Source: Mobula birostris (taxonomy: Eukaryota). From it: a stretch of DNA of 64,000 bases. The stretch's first letter is position 1. Each line of letters starts with the position of its first letter. Below, piece after piece: positions 35,229 through 49,071 of this stretch. Below the pieces are notes generated by a model. That model was not told the origin of the DNA and ran no database searches. It was given only the letters and a program-made list of their open reading frames with translations. Position numbers and translations under genes: made by a program. The stretch covers positions 26,715,821-26,779,820 of the forward strand of contig NC_092379.1 in the NCBI RefSeq assembly GCF_030028105.1. Reading direction: 5' to 3'.

Positions 35229-36130
35229 CCCTTCAAGTATTGTCACTGGTCGTTTTCGGGCATCTTTCTGTATCTAAGCCTTTGATGGCGTGTAGGCTAG
35301 GGCTGGCTATGCTTTCTAAAGTTTTGACTAACCGATGTAGAGTATGCATGCCCACTGCGGTGCTGTTTGTGGGCCAGGCACTGTTGTGGCTATCATGATA
35401 TTCTCTACTGCGGATCTGTAGATACATGTGAATATAGGTACTGTATACATAATCCAGCTCTCTGCTGTCCCTCAGAGAGACAAACAGAAAAAAAGCGGTA
35501 CTATGCTTCACGTTTGTTGAGGATATGTTCCTGAACCATGTAACTTTGCGACGGATATGCAGCCCGAAACTGATTCCTCTCCCATTTTCCAAAGCAGTCA
35601 CGCCCATGAACACAACGGTATGAGTAGTCCGTGTTGTCCTAAATTCAGTCACCATCTCCTTTGCTTTGGTGACATTTATGACAGCATTAATTCGCGAGCA
35701 CACAGATGCATGCTTGGCATTGGTGATGAGTCCCACCATTGCAGTTTTTTCGACAAACTTGACAATATCACTGCTCAGGACATTGGCTGTGTGGTCGTTG
35801 GTGAAGCGAGTATACAACAGTTGAGTCAGCACACAATTCTGGGTGGTATCTGTGTTGCACATGTTGGAGATGATGGAGCACTTGTGCATCCTGTCTCTCT
35901 GTATTTGTTGATTAGGAAGTCTATCACAGCTTTGTCCATTTTTACAGTAGTATATTACAACGATGAGCAGGAGGCTTCTCATTAAGGTCTATGGAACCAT
36001 ACTTTTGAATACCGAACTGAAATCTAGAAGCAGCATGCCAACACAAATGAACCTCTTTTCAAGATGTGTTGTGCCCAGGTGAAGTTGGGAACAATGGTAT
36101 ATGTCATAGAGCCTTGGAGTTATAAACCGC
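35229..36130 (-). mobile_element. Decayed Rex/Babar-type LINE reverse transcriptase
   Basis: MLLLDFSS, QNCVLTQLLY..IVKFVEKTAMVGLI (degenerate QGCVLSPLLY..KFADDT.VVGLI), LHRLVKTLESI. Confidence 0.8.
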
Positions 36131-36231
36131 GTAAAACCATACAGTAATAAACTACCTCGGCGTTTTGATCTGCACTCGGACAATGCACTCCGGGCCACAG
36201 GGTCCACCTAGCTATCCAAAATTTGTTTAGC

Positions 36232-38430
36232 TTTGAAAATGCCAGGTCGCTGTATCTATTTCTGACCCAGTACTGTGCACACAGTGATATTATTTCAGCA
36301 ACAAATCCAGGGTGCAAACAAAATCGGCGTCAAAGTTCAGGCAGAGATCGAAACTTCTGGAAAAATCCAAAAAAGAAGAGAATCGTGAAGCAAACAGAGT
36401 CGATATTCAGACGGATAGAAAACAAAGACTAATGCTGGAATGGCTCAGCAAAATTCACTGGCCAATCTGACAGCAAACAGCTGATAACTTTGGACTAAAA
36501 TACAGTGAGCAAGAACCAGAGAGGCAGATGATAGGTGGATCACAATGAGACAAAGTGGCAGCTAAACAGATAATAATGAGAAACAGCTGAGAGACAGCGT
36601 ACTCAGTAATACAGCGGTCGGAGTAGAGCAGGAGCAGGGAAAGGAGTACGTGGGCCATGAAAACAAGTAAGAGCACATGCCAATACAAAACCACAGAGTA
36701 AAGAACAGAGGGAAAACACATGAAACGACAAAGTTAAACTGGAGGTACTGACAACACACCCCTCTACGGACGCATCGTGGCGCAACGGCGGCTATAACTG
36801 GGTATTAGCGATGAAAGGCCCTAATGAGAGAGGGATTCAGGATGTTATGGGCGGGGACCCAGCTCCTCCCATCAGGACCGTAACCCTCCCAGTCCACAAG
36901 CAACTGAAGGTCACGGCTCCGGCGACGAACGTTCAGCAGTTGACGAACCGTGAAGGCTTTTGACCCATCAATGAGCCCTGGAGGAGTGGCGGATTTGGGG
37001 ACACGTCACAGGGGGTGCCTCATGAAAGGTTTGATCAGGACGCATGGAAGTTGGGATGAACGTGGCGGAAAGTGGAGGGGAGCTTGAAATGGACGGCAGC
37101 CGGGCTGATGGCTTGAGTCATGTAAAATGATCCAATCAAGCAGGGGGCGAGCTTGCGGATATCCACTTTGTTGACCGGTCTTGGGTTAAATGCCACACAC
37201 TCTGCCCCTGGCGGGAACGTGGGGCCTTGGAGCGATGAGGGTTAACTTGACACTTGATCCTAGCAGAAGCACGGACAGGGGCACAGCGTGTGCGCCTCCA
37301 CGTCCGCTGTTAACTGTAATGAGAGCTTTGGCAGATGGAGCACCATCCTCCTCCTCTAGGGCAGGAAGCAGTGGAGGTTGGTAGCCAAGGCGACACTCGA
37401 AGAAGGACAGACCGGTAGATGAGGACGGATGAGAGTTTATGGCGTACTCGGCTCAAGGTAGTTGCTGACTCCACGCAGTGGGGTTCTGCAAGACCAGATA
37501 CCGCAATACTGTCTCTACCTGTCGGATGGCCCACTCGGTCTGTCCATTGGCTGTGGGTGTAATCCTGAAGTCAACTTGAAGAATACAAACAGCACTCCCG
37601 AATTTCGATGTGAATTGAGAGTTCCAGTCTGACATAACATCTAGAGATAAATCATGTAATTTAAAAACATGTAGTACTAGTAATTTATCTGAAACTTTTG
37701 CAGAGGGGAGTTTAGGTAAATGAATGAAATGTACAGACTTGTAGAAACGATCAACTACTGTGAGAATGGTGGTGTTACAATCTGATGGGGAAGACCGGTG
37801 ACATAATCCAGGGCAATATGGTTTCACGGTCGCTAGGGGATAGACAGAGGTTGCAACAGACCGGCGGGTGACTGATTAGCGTTATTGCTTTGAGCACAGA
37901 CCAAGCAGGCTGAGACGAATTTGCGGATGTCATCTCCCATGGAGGACCACCAGAACCGCCGGCTGCTGAAGGCCTAAGTATGTTTGGATCCATTGTGACA
38001 GGATAACACGGAAAAATCACCTCACTGTAGTATCTGTGAGCGGACAGAGCTGGGAACATAAGCACTGTTAGTGGGACATTGACTAGGGGCCGCCTCGATA
38101 TGTTGAGCAGCTTGCACAATGGATTCGATGTTCCATTGTACTGCACCCACAAGACAGTGAGCAGGGGGAATGCCGTCGGGGACCGTATGTGTCTCAGAAG
38201 AGGGAAAACTTCTAGAGAGGACACCAGGTTTTCCATTCTTGGAACCGGGGCTGAAGGACAGACTAGCATTGAATCTTGAGAAAAAAACAGGTACCAACGA
38301 GCATGACGGGAGTTCGGACGCTTGGCAGTACGGAAATATTCCAAATTATTGTGATCAGTCCAGACTAAAAATGGCATCTTGGCTCCCTCCAGCTGATGCA
38401 TCCACTCCACCAGAGCTAGCTTCACAGCCA
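36232..38430 (-). mobile_element. Gypsy (chromodomain type) 3' half with LTR 36232-36753
   Basis: RNase H ([23 protein letters not shown]), integrase (LTVVDRF..ANGQTE), polypurine tract then TGTCA LTR start at 36753. Confidence 0.85.
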
Positions 38431-40199
38431 GTAACTCCCTATTTCCGACATCATATTTCCGCTCCGTGGGAGTGACGCGGTGAGAGTAGAAAGCGTAGGG
38501 GTGTACCTTCTCATTCTTGGTCGAGAGCTGAGACAGAAGCGCACATACGCGAAAACCTTACTCCACTGCTTCAGACTTTTGCTGCGACGACCACTCCCAC
38601 GGTGATGTTCGTTAAGCAGTAACTGTCTTTTATAGACATTGGGTTGCTCGTCGAAAATCTTTGTAGAACCTGCGTGGGAATGCTCCGGTTCCGTCAGTGC
38701 AGCACTCCGATCAACGATCCCCGTCCAGGAATTTGCTGTTTTTTTCTTTTAATCTATTTCTCCCTGCTGCTTGGTAACGCGGCAATGTTGTCTGCTCAAC
38801 ACTCCAATGAACTGCGTGAATTAGAAATGTAGAAATATAGAAAAGCTACAGAACAATACAAGCATTTCGATCCACAATGGTGTGCCGAACATGTACGTGC
38901 ATTAGGGTTACCATACTCCTATTATTTTTTTTTCCTCTATTCTCCACAGGGCAGCAGTCTCCCTAGATTGAAGGCTGACGCCATTTTCGTATTACTTAAA
39001 GACGGTTCGCACCCACCAATGAGATGCAAGTTTTACGCATGGGAATATTGCGATTCATGCGATCAGTTTAGCGTAGCCACTCGATGGCACGTTACGATTC
39101 CTTCAGCTCCTTTAGCAATGCTGAGAGACAATATTCGAATTTTGTGTTGCCATTTTCTTAGGTAACATTCCGACAAGTTTGCAATTCATTTTTCGGAACA
39201 GTGCTTTAAACAAGTTGCAATCTAGCGTTTAAATATTACTTTGATTTTCCAGATGACAGCGATGGGGATTATGCCATTTGAAACACCATTATGATCAGCA
39301 ACATTCTACTTTGCTCTATCTCTCACCCCTGATAACAAAGGACTGGTTACACGTTCAATAAAATGTGTTGAAATGCTTTCTATCTTTGTCGTTTCTTGAC
39401 ACTACATTGTATTAAAGAATGGAATCTGCATTTATGCCTCAACGGAGCGGTAGACCGTTGTCAGCATGATAAACACGTGAAATATCTTGTAGAACTGTGG
39501 TATTCCTTTTAATATAATTTATCATTAAACCTCCCATTCTCCCACCGAGTTTGATGAATGTACGAATATTAAGAGTATCAGTGTTGAATACGATATTATC
39601 TAGCACGTCCTTTTGTTATAATGGGGTAGCGAAGACTCAAATGGAAAGTTCAGAAGTCGAATGTACGACAACACAATGACAACACCATATTGACACAATT
39701 ACACATTAAATTACTGTGTAAATTACTTATTTCAAATATCTATCGCTGGATTACAAAACAAGAAATAAAGATTTTTATGCAAAAAATATATGCTACTTTA
39801 CATCCACGCTGAGTTTATGAGTTAACTACTAATTTTAAAAATCTGCTGACATTTGCGATCCCGCTGTGGCAGGTAGAAAACACAGTTGCTAGGATCTGAC
39901 TTGTCTCTGCACACATGGATTCACAACGTTTGTCTCGTTTGGCAGATTTGAATGAAATATGACGATTGGGTCTATTTGCCTGCAACGATTGGGTGTGTAG
40001 ACTAAATACCCGGAAGTATATCAATGAAACGCCACAGTCTAAATGTCGTAGAAAATATAGCTGCAATGCTTGCACATCCTTGACTCAAACTGGAGGCTGT
40101 AGTGTTAAGTTGTGAGGCAGCAAGTTGAAGAGGAACTGCACCATAAGAGTTTTTTTTTGCAAAGATCGTGTTTTTTTTTTGCAAAGATCGTGTTTTTTT

Positions 40200-40870
40200 C
40201 GGATTATGAGAACACGCAGTCCTCTTTCATTGTCATTTACAGATGCATATATGCATTAAGAAATGATACAATGTTTCTCCGGAGTGATATCACAGAAAAC
40301 AGGACAAACCAAAGACCAACACTGACAGAACCACATCATTATAACATATACTTACAGCAATGCAAAGCAATGCCATAATATGACGAAGAACAAACCATGG
40401 GCACGGTAAGGAAAGTCTCAAAACACCCCAAGTCGATCGACTCCCGAGTCCCCGATAGCAGGCGGCAAAAGACAGAAAATCCCTGCCATAAGTCGCCACG
40501 CTTCGTCAACTTGCCGATGTCTTGGAAGCAGCCGACCACAGCCGACGCTGAGTCCATCCGTCCGAAAACTTCGAGCTACTAACCAGCCTCTCCGATGCAG
40601 CCTCCCGAGCGCCATCCTCTGCCAAGCGCCTTAGACTTCCACACGGCTGCTAAAACACGCAAAGCCGACGATTTCGGGGCCTTCTGCTCCAGAGATTCCG
40701 ATTACCACACAGCAGCAGCGGCAGCAAAGCGAGCATTTCAGAAGTTTTCCAGGTGTTCCTCCGTACTCTCACCACCCTCTCCATCAAATCAGAATTGTGC
40801 ACCGTCACCTCCTTGATAGATAACTGACATCACCACCGAAGTGGCCGCGTGCGCTTAGCTGCTTAATTTG
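40200..40870. mobile_element. GC-rich interspersed repeat, class uncertain
   Basis: Abrupt GC/CpG-rich block in AT-rich context, duplicated at ~54620-55260; no recognisable protein. Confidence 0.35.
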
Positions 40871-41423
40871 GAAAAAAAAAGAAAGTGGGCTTAAACAGTA
40901 CATAGGAGATAGAGTTGGGATAGAATGATATAAACAGGCCAGACCAGTCATGGTGGACTGAAGTTAATGTCTCAATGCGGTTGATTGCTTGGACTCTGAC
41001 ACTCTAGTAATATTGTTGCCAAGTTCATTCGTATATAAGTGAAACATTCAAACAATCTGAAGCTGAGACGGAAAGAACTAGAACCTCCACTGTGTTGTTT
41101 GTCTCTTTAACACAGTCTGCAATGGCTATTTTCCCTCCAGCAATGACACCAACCTCCTGGCTTTGGACCTTATAAAAATAAACAAAAATCAAATCCATGA
41201 TTTCGAACGGTATCATGTGAAGTAACTTTAGATATTACCATTTTGCCTTTAAGTTTTACTTGCAGCTGAATCTTTTTGAAGTCAGGAAGTAGGTTATATC
41301 CGGTCTCGCCTAGTCTACCAACTTTATGTTGATTGGCTGTGTTGAGAAACAAAGAAGTAATACAGGATTGTCCATGATTTGATTGGAGGACTTGGAGAAG
41401 CAAAAAACTTGATGCAACGCGGG

Positions 41424-41430
41424 TGAGTCA
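41424..41430 (+). promoter_or_regulatory. AP-1/CRE-like site upstream of the intact V
   Basis: TGAGTCA ~100 nt 5' of the ATG with TAATATAA at ~41472; TCAGTCA in the pseudogene copy. Function inferred. Confidence 0.4.
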
Positions 41431-41528
41431 AATGGCTTCTTAACAAACAAGATCACACTCTGTAGCGGCACTAATATAACTTACTTGAGATTAAAACATT
41501 TCAGTACAAATCCACAGTGAACACAGAC

Positions 41529-42370
41529 ATGTTTGTCCTATACTTATTTATGACTGCAGCAGCTCTTCTGATCGGTAAGTTTTTTTTTCAAACATTTTCG
41601 ACATCGGTAAGTTTCTCTGGCAGTACAGAACAAAATAATTTATGAGAATACCAGTAGAGCAATGTTGAACATGACAGGAAAGGATCTGATGGTACGAAAG
41701 TAATATGGATTCAAATCTCCCGCAAGTGGCAATAGGATAATTGATTCGGTATTTCCAGGCAAACAATAGTCGAATGGATTCCAACCTTGGCGGGAAATCG
41801 TTGTCTTTGCTTTCCTCCTGAGATGGAACGGGGACGAGGACTCACTAATAAGGGCAATTGGATTTTTTTCTCAAAAAGTTAATTTCATTCAATCTCTTCT
41901 GCCACCCTTGCTAATTTATACAGGCATAATACTTCTATCTCAACTTGTAACCTGCACCCCTCGTCTCCAAACATTACAAAGGAACCAGGATATGCTTCGT
42001 CGGTATGTTAGTAGAACATTGATATTATTTGACTAAAATTTGGAAATTATTTTTGCTCTGGAACAGGATATTGCCGAGGGGATGCCGTTTATCAGTCACC
42101 TGCTGTCACTACAGTCACGGAAGGGGAAGTTGCAGTGTTAAATTGTAATTATACAACAACACGCACTGACCCCAATTTATTCTGGTACCGTCAGTATCCC
42201 GGAGGTTCCCTCGAGTTTCTGTTGCACCTTACGAAATATGACAGCCACCGAGAGAATGTTCTACGACAACGGTTCACGGCGCAGCTGGATGTTTCAAGTA
42301 GAACGGTCCCACTGACAATATCCGAAACACATCTGGAAGGCACTGCCATGTATTACTGTGCTCTGAGACC
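41529..42370 (+). CDS. TRAV: TCR alpha/delta V gene segment, intact (leader 41529-41574, V exon 42067-42370)
   Basis: MFVLYLFMTAAALLI-G/GTAAGT, 492-nt intron, CAG. Exon YCRGDAVYQSPAVTTVTEGEVAVLNCNYTTTRTDPNLFWYRQYPGGSLEFLLHLTKYDSHRENVLRQRFTAQLDVSSRTVPLTISETHLEGTAMYYCALRP; Cys23, Trp41 and YYC present. Confidence 0.93.
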
Positions 42371-42409
42371 CACAGGGGTACAGAAGTAGTCTGAACCAGT
42401 ACAATAACT
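42371..42409 (+). other. 23-RSS
   Basis: CACAGGG + 23 nt + ACAATAACT. Confidence 0.92.
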
Positions 42410-44534
42410 GCTTGCGTTCTCTAGTGGCAGATGAGTGTAACTGCGCACCGGGAGGGCCTTGGTCGACCTCATATGCACTCAAGTAGCAATACACTTCATG
42501 ATATTATAATCCAGCTGATTGAAGCGCCTTCAGTACGTTACTGCTCAATCTGTTCAAAACCCTGTCTATACTCATTCCTCCGACAGAAGAAGCAACAACC
42601 TCCCATTGTTATTTCCCTCGCAATATTTTGAAGAAGAGCTTATTTCCCTTCCATTGCTGTGGACGCAGCGCCCCCCCGCCCCCAGTAACTTACTGAAATC
42701 TCACGGTTCCCGCAATTTATTAATAATTGTATTTTTTAACATGACAATTAATTTATTTGTTTTTACTTCTGAACATTCTTTCAGAGCCATATTGCCGCGC
42801 CCTCCTATGGAGTACTGGGTAACTGCAATCTAATATTGTCGGAATATCGGAATGTTACCCCACAATCACCAATAGGGGTGAGGTGAAATGGTTAGTTGCT
42901 GCCGCTTACAGGCCAGAGGGAGGATAGCTGGAGGAGACTCTTGGGTTCTAACTTTTAACTGTCATTCATTTTCGGAGGACCCTCCTTTGTTTGTTTTCGT
43001 TGTTGTTCGCGAATAAAAAAACATTTCAGGCTGTACATTGTTCACATCTCTCTGACATTAACCATACCTTTTAAACTTTTGAAATAAGTAGCATATGGGC
43101 GAAATAGTACAGGACGAGATTAAATTTTAATTTGCAGCTCATCCTTAATAGTACTACTGAACCAATCGAGGAGGACGTGGTTTACAGAGCGAGCGTTAGT
43201 TCGGCTGTGCTCGCAATTGCACTGCTGACATCTCACTTTTCAGGAAATAACATTGACATCACTCATAACACAATTCAAAAGCAGTCTGACTGAGGAGTAA
43301 CAGAATCATCGGAGACAATTTAGCGGAGAATGGGTAACATGAACGCAGAAAGTTTCTTCTTAATATATTATAGTTTAATGGGAAGGCCGGCCACGGTGTC
43401 ATTCGTGTGAGGGTCGAAATATCGTGCTAACCATGCTGTAATATTCAATGGTTCGTGCTACAAATATATAACACATGTAATGTAAATGAACTGTTCCCTT
43501 CGGATTATCGGATATGTAATAATATGGACCTTGACTACTGCGATTTCGAAAGGGTGCTCTACTGCTTTAACAACGATACATTTCAGTGAAGTTATTTTCG
43601 ACAATATCACCTCGAAATTATTATCGGTTAGTGAAGCTATTTTGCCTCCTGTATTGCCCGATGTCTAAAATAATGAACCCTGCCGCCCTGTGCACTGCAT
43701 TTGCAAATTGTTAACTTACCTAAAGTTGTTAAGCCCTGCGTATTATGTTTAACAGCGTCCATTGATTTTGACTAGCACGGATTTTCAACATTCTTTGTGT
43801 ATTTAAAGGGAATTCCAAAGAGATGGCTCTAAATTCCCTTTGTTTCCAGAATGATTCAACTCCCAATGTTGCTTGGTCTAACCACTGATACTCTGTCAGA
43901 AGTTCCTTCAAATGAACTCGTGCTCCATTGTCTAAGTGTAATATTGTCGGTTTCCCGCAATGGCGGAAGCCATTTCTCTGCGCACGCTGTCGCTCTATAA
44001 ATTTGTTAAGAATGCATTAATTTTGTTGGTGGAAGGGGATTATTAATTAAAGTCATTTTCCCTGGTGGAATGTTTACTATGTTGACTGCTGTAATCTTAT
44101 TTGTGAATAGGGGTTATTGTTTTATGACCCCTTCATGCCTCAACCATTGTCATCAGTTTCATAAAGGCAAGCTATAGATAATTTTTTGTGCAGCTCAAGT
44201 AGACATGACGATATTGTAATATGAAACAGATAGGGAGGAATGTTATAGAGGTTAGTTTAGTTTAAGCATGTGATTGATTTCGGTGAACAATGATTGCACA
44301 TGGCTGAACAATTACGTTTGAAAGTGCATACTTAATAAACTTCATATAGAAGTCAGCTCTTTTAATTCATTATAGATGGTGTAATTTCAATCGAAACTTA
44401 TCAATGTCAGCAGCGTTGATGTTACAGTAACCGTGTCTGTACGAGGACTAAAATAAGTTGTTTAATTTAATTGAAGCCCGTAAAATGTTATCTCAGTCCT
44501 TGGAGCTCTGTGCAATGTGGAGATTAGTGCGTTC

Positions 44535-44895
44535 TGAGAGGTGTCTCAGAAAGGCAGCTCCATTGTTAAGGAGCTCCAGCACCCACGGGATGCCCTTTTA
44601 AGATTGTTACCATCAGGTCGTAGTTACAGAGGCTTCAGAGCGCACACTCAGCGATTCACAACAGCTTCTTCACCTCTGCCATCCGACTCCTAAATGGACA
44701 TTGAAGCTTTGGACACTGAATCACTTTTTAAATATAAAGTATTTCTCATTTTGCATAATTGATTTACTTGTTTATTATTTATTATGTTTTTTTTTCCTCC
44801 GGTAGATCATGTATTGCATTGAACTGTTGTTACTTCGTTAACACATTTTACGTCACATGCTGCTGATAATAAACCTTTTTTTCTGACTCTGAAAT
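44535..44895 (+). mobile_element. Rex/Babar-type LINE 3' tail
   Basis: RCLRKA..LLPSGRSYRG..SFF.SAIRLLN-like end, then AATAAACC..CTGACTCTGA tail. Paralogue ~58935-59295. Confidence 0.75.
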
Positions 44896-46925
44896 CCGAA
44901 CAAAAACATGTACTATAAAACACGTTACAGATAGTGGAATAAAAAGGAAAGAGGCGGACGATAATACAAAATGTAGAAAACATAATGTGATTACTATTTC
45001 AAGCGAAGAACATTCCGAAAAATATTGCATAACATTGTTAATTAATGACTGGTATTATATATCTGCCGAATGGAAAACGGCAGACGTATTTGGAAGAGCA
45101 ACTGTGCCCAGTTGAAGTCTCGTCTGAAGTCTCGTCATTTTCAAGTGCGACAGAAACGGTGATAAAGAACACGACTTCGAATAAATGTAGACTTAGCTAT
45201 GGTTCGTAGATACACGGTGGGGGGGGGGTGGCGGGGGGAAATCTGTGTTATTTCACTCAGTTATGTGAGGTCGTCAAACCTCAGTGGAGTCAGATAATGG
45301 CGAAAGAAGGTAGTGCTTTCTGAGATTATTCGTTTTCTGCAGCCCCAAAGTTCTCCTTGTTTTTCTACGTGTCTCTATGTCTCATACTACAGAAACTCTT
45401 ACAAGCCATTTAATCATTGATTATATTACGATTGGCCCTCCGAATACAATTCCTGAAATGTTATTACACATGATCAAACTACTTAATTGTATATCGTTCT
45501 ATTCTTACTATCTTAGGGAACCATTCTACGCATTCAGGAATGTTGCAAAGGTTAAAAATACACTACTGTGAGGCAAACAAATCTTCCAGTTCATCACAGT
45601 ATAGGTCGAACGGTTATTGCACATATCCACTTTCCAAAAGCCCGTTTACTTCGCCAATAACTCATTTGGTTTTGTTTCTCGATCGATCAATGCCTCGCTG
45701 TTTCTCTGTTCCATGATACAACCAGTTAACCAGTCAAAAGCAGAACCGATAAGACCGGACATAAGTTACTTGCTCTGAGTTGACGATGACGCTGCATATA
45801 TAGGACAGAAAGAAAGATAGCAAGGAAGAGAGTTGAGCTAAGGGAATACTGTAGGAAAAGATTGAGCTCAGATTTATTTCACTGAATATCAATATATAAT
45901 AAGCGGATACACCCGCTCGGACTTAGAGGAGGAAACAATCTCACGGAGAACGTCCCAGATGTCGAATTTAATGACTGTTGGCTTTCGAGTTTATTGAACA
46001 TATTCAATCATAAGATTGTTAAAAAGTCAGCAGTATCATATAGGTAAAGATTATTATTGCGAAATCAGGAAATGCTGCCTACCACGAGCAGCCTCACCAG
46101 TGTTATATTGTCCTGCTCAATTTCATCGTTACACATTATAAAAAAAAACATCTTTCTTTCACTATTTTTCACTTGAAGCAATTGTATATATTTATACAGC
46201 CCCCCCCCGCCCCCCAGCAAGCATGTCAGAGATATCAGCCACATTCCGAAACAATAAAAAGCAGGGTTATATTTAACTTTTGCTTGAGTTATCCTTTCAG
46301 TCAGCTTAAACCTACCCCCAAATGTGTATAAGTCAAGAAAGGGCAAACAAGGGATAACATACTTTATTTATTTCACTGATACTTTGATATAGGTTTTACC
46401 CTTTACTCTGCAGTTCCTGTGGTTTTGAAATAGAAAGATCATTCACATCGATTCTGTCCTGGCAGCTAAATTCTCCTGATCTAAACAATATCCCGGGCAA
46501 TCCAATTATTCGTTGAAAAAAAAATGACGAAGGAGACACCGTTGTCTACGTCATCTGATCCACGTCATTCGGAGGTGAATTTGGCTCTCAATGTACCAAA
46601 AAATATCAGAAGATGTCAACTCCATAAATTGTCAGCCTCTACTTTAGTGATTAATATGGACCGATGCTGAATGACAGATTCTCTGTCCTCTCTCGTCTGC
46701 ATCGAGAAACATAATTTGAAAGCTAAATGTTAGCACTGGGAATTTGTCACGTGGGGTTTGAACTCTATGACATTTTTGATTATAAGGAAATTTGTATTCG
46801 TTTCCCGCATTGTAAACATATTTTTAACTCGTTACCCCTGTGTACGACAACATCTTTTTTTATCCCGGATCAGCTCCGTTCAACGCGTCAGTGTGCGCTC
46901 TGGAAACAACAGGTTTGATCCTCTG

Positions 46926-47200
46926 TGGTTCTGCCCTGTTATGTAGCTGTTCTGAGCCAATGTGGGCGTCCTGGCACAAAGATACATAGTGAAATCTGAA
47001 ACGAGAGACCCGGTGATGTTGAAAGTAAAATGCCAACAATTTCTGCTGAATCGACAGGAAAACCCGTCTGGCAAATTGGGAGATCGTTATTGGACATTAG
47101 TGCTGAGCCTAGGAGGGACTGCGGAACTTAGGAGGGATAATGCCTGCTGGGGGCGACTCCTTCGCTTCCATCTTCGGAATTCGCTTCTTTTCAACGTTTA
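46926..47200 (-). pseudogene. V relic a (copy 2) with 23-RSS
   Basis: PDGFSCRFSRNCWHFTFNITGSLVSDFTMYLCART, CACATTG (46964-46958) + 23 nt + GCAGAACCA. Confidence 0.7.
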
Positions 47201-47884
47201 ATATCTTTATTTTTGCCATTCAGGGCTCTTTAGAAAACCCTGACCCGGAGTTTCACGCAGGCTTCGTTTTTCTTTTCGTTTTTTTTTTTTTTTGCGAGAA
47301 TGGGACCGGTACTCAGGGTTGAATGACTGGCCGTTATTCAACGTTCCAGGGGTTTTGCCGAAGAGCCTCGATTGTGTTTGGAAGCCTAAGATCTCGGAGT
47401 TCTAGAGAAGCGGGGGATAGATGGTCGGTGACACGGCAGGAAAGACGTGTGTTGTCGGGGAGGCCAGAAAATATTTCGCTGTGAGCACCAAAACCCGAGG
47501 TCTTTGAAATCTTCAGACACAGAGCTCGAAAAAAAAAAAAAAAACGACGAAAAGGACTTTTAACACCGTAAACCAGCGGGATGTTGTGCTCTCCACCGCT
47601 CGCCATGAGAATGCAGGACACCTCCCTCTCCCTTGCCAGAGAGAGAGACAACTTGTAGTTTTTCGACTGTGGGAGGAAATGCGAAGCCTCTGGATAACTT
47701 TGGACTGTGTCCTTGCTATCGCTTAGGTCACGCCTGTGCTGGGTAGCGGGTACACTTTTTGTTTGGCAAGTGGAGGAAGGAGCGTATGTTGTTCAGTGCC
47801 GCTTACGCGCAGGCGGGTGGAGCTGGGGGTTTCACAGATTTAACAGTCGTTCATTATTTATGGCATTACTCTGCTTCCGTCGGT

Positions 47885-48249
47885 GTTTGCGAAGCAAAAG
47901 CATTTCAGAATATATATTGTAGACATTACTGTGATATTAAAATGGACCTTTAAAACTTTGAGTCATTGTTTTCTTTTTGAAATTTCAGCGCTGTCCCGCG
48001 TAACTGCGTGTACCAAAGAGCAGTACCACTGTGTTAACCTGCGGAATAGGTTCAGGTGATGGTTACGGTTGGCCCTTGCCCAGTCGGCAGTTCCGGCGGT
48101 TTCTGGGATACTATTTTCTCGCCACAAGCTCCTGCAAGAAAGCACAACACAGCAGAATTCAAAGCCAACTTGTGCACACCAGATTATTTAAGTGTACACC
48201 CACCTCGAAGAACGAGAATTACGAACATTGCAAGATGTGCGATCTTGTC
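47885..48249 (-). pseudogene. V relic c (copy 2)
   Basis: Leader 48249-48204 with GTGGGT donor; exon from 48131 GACGEKIVSQKPPELPTGQGPTVTIT*TYSAG*HSGTALWYTQLRG (Cys23 to TGA). Confidence 0.75.
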
Positions 48250-49071
48250 TTGAAGGGAGATAACTTAACGTGTTCATGTCCATCTATGAGAGCACACAGA
48301 TGGAATATAATTGTTTTATTTTGCAGATAAATAGCGTTCACCTAGTTCAAGATTGGCCTGTCACAAAAATAAGACAGATCTGGCACAAATCATCTTCTCC
48401 CATGTCATTTGATGCACGTCTTTCGGAGCTGCATTACAATTTTAAACGTACCACAAAATATCGGAACAAGTCAGCAAGTAGCTGGAGTGTTAGTACAGCT
48501 CATTGAAATGTCCACTTTAACTGTGGTGATTAACATGGGCAGTTGCTGCATGACGGATTTTCCCTTTCTCTAATTTGGCGCAAAGTACATATAATACGAG
48601 AGTAAAAATATATTACTCTGACCTTGTTATGTGGGAATCGTTTACTTGTCCGTCTAAATCTGCTAGGAAAATAATCTTCAGAGTTAGCGGAGCGCACACG
48701 CTCTCTGACCAATTGATCAAGTTTGCTGAGGTGTTAATGTTGTCGTTTGATTAACCTGGGTGTTTCACAACTACGTATTCGGCAGCACAGTTGATACGGC
48801 AATTTTACTTGTGAATATGTACGTTTCAGCTAATTATTATTTTAATCGCGATGATATTTAACTCTATAAATGTCGTCGTAGTCCTCGTAGAGACTTGTAC
48901 AGAGCAGAACAACGCTTCGCTTCGTGTTTCTATTCGGCATTCCCTGAGAAAATGGACGGTCAACTAAACTGACTCTGAAGATTAGCGGTATTCGTTTAAT
49001 GTTTAGATGTTCCTTTCAGCCGTAGTGTAGATTGTTTTCCATTTTAGAGTTTTCGTTAACGGTTCTGTTTG

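Noticed and set aside
31600-35398. Leu/Ser- or Glu/Arg-rich ORFs (31600, 33245, 34464, 34801, 34835)
   Set aside because: Translations of CT/GA/CA microsatellites.
35233-35982. Longest ORF in the track (249 aa)
   Set aside because: Decayed LINE RT with the catalytic FADD changed to FVEK; not a host gene.
36223-36310. ENARSLYL...YCA followed by a perfect CACAGTG, resembling an IgH V 3' end
   Set aside because: It lies at the edge of the Gypsy LTR (36232-36753), lacks the DTA spacing and has no nonamer at 12 or 23 nt.
40140-40200. Direct repeat TTTTGCAAAGATCGTG x2
   Set aside because: Local slippage next to poly-T, absent from the duplicate; no further structure.
41088-41117. CACTGTG-16 nt-CACAGTC, D-segment-like
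   Set aside because: No nonamer at 12 or 23 nt on either side, and the right heptamer is not conserved in the duplicate (CATAGTC).
42003-42008. GTATGT donor 64 nt upstream of the V exon as a possible leader junction
   Set aside because: No in-frame ATG before a TAA; the canonical leader at 41529-41574 fits.
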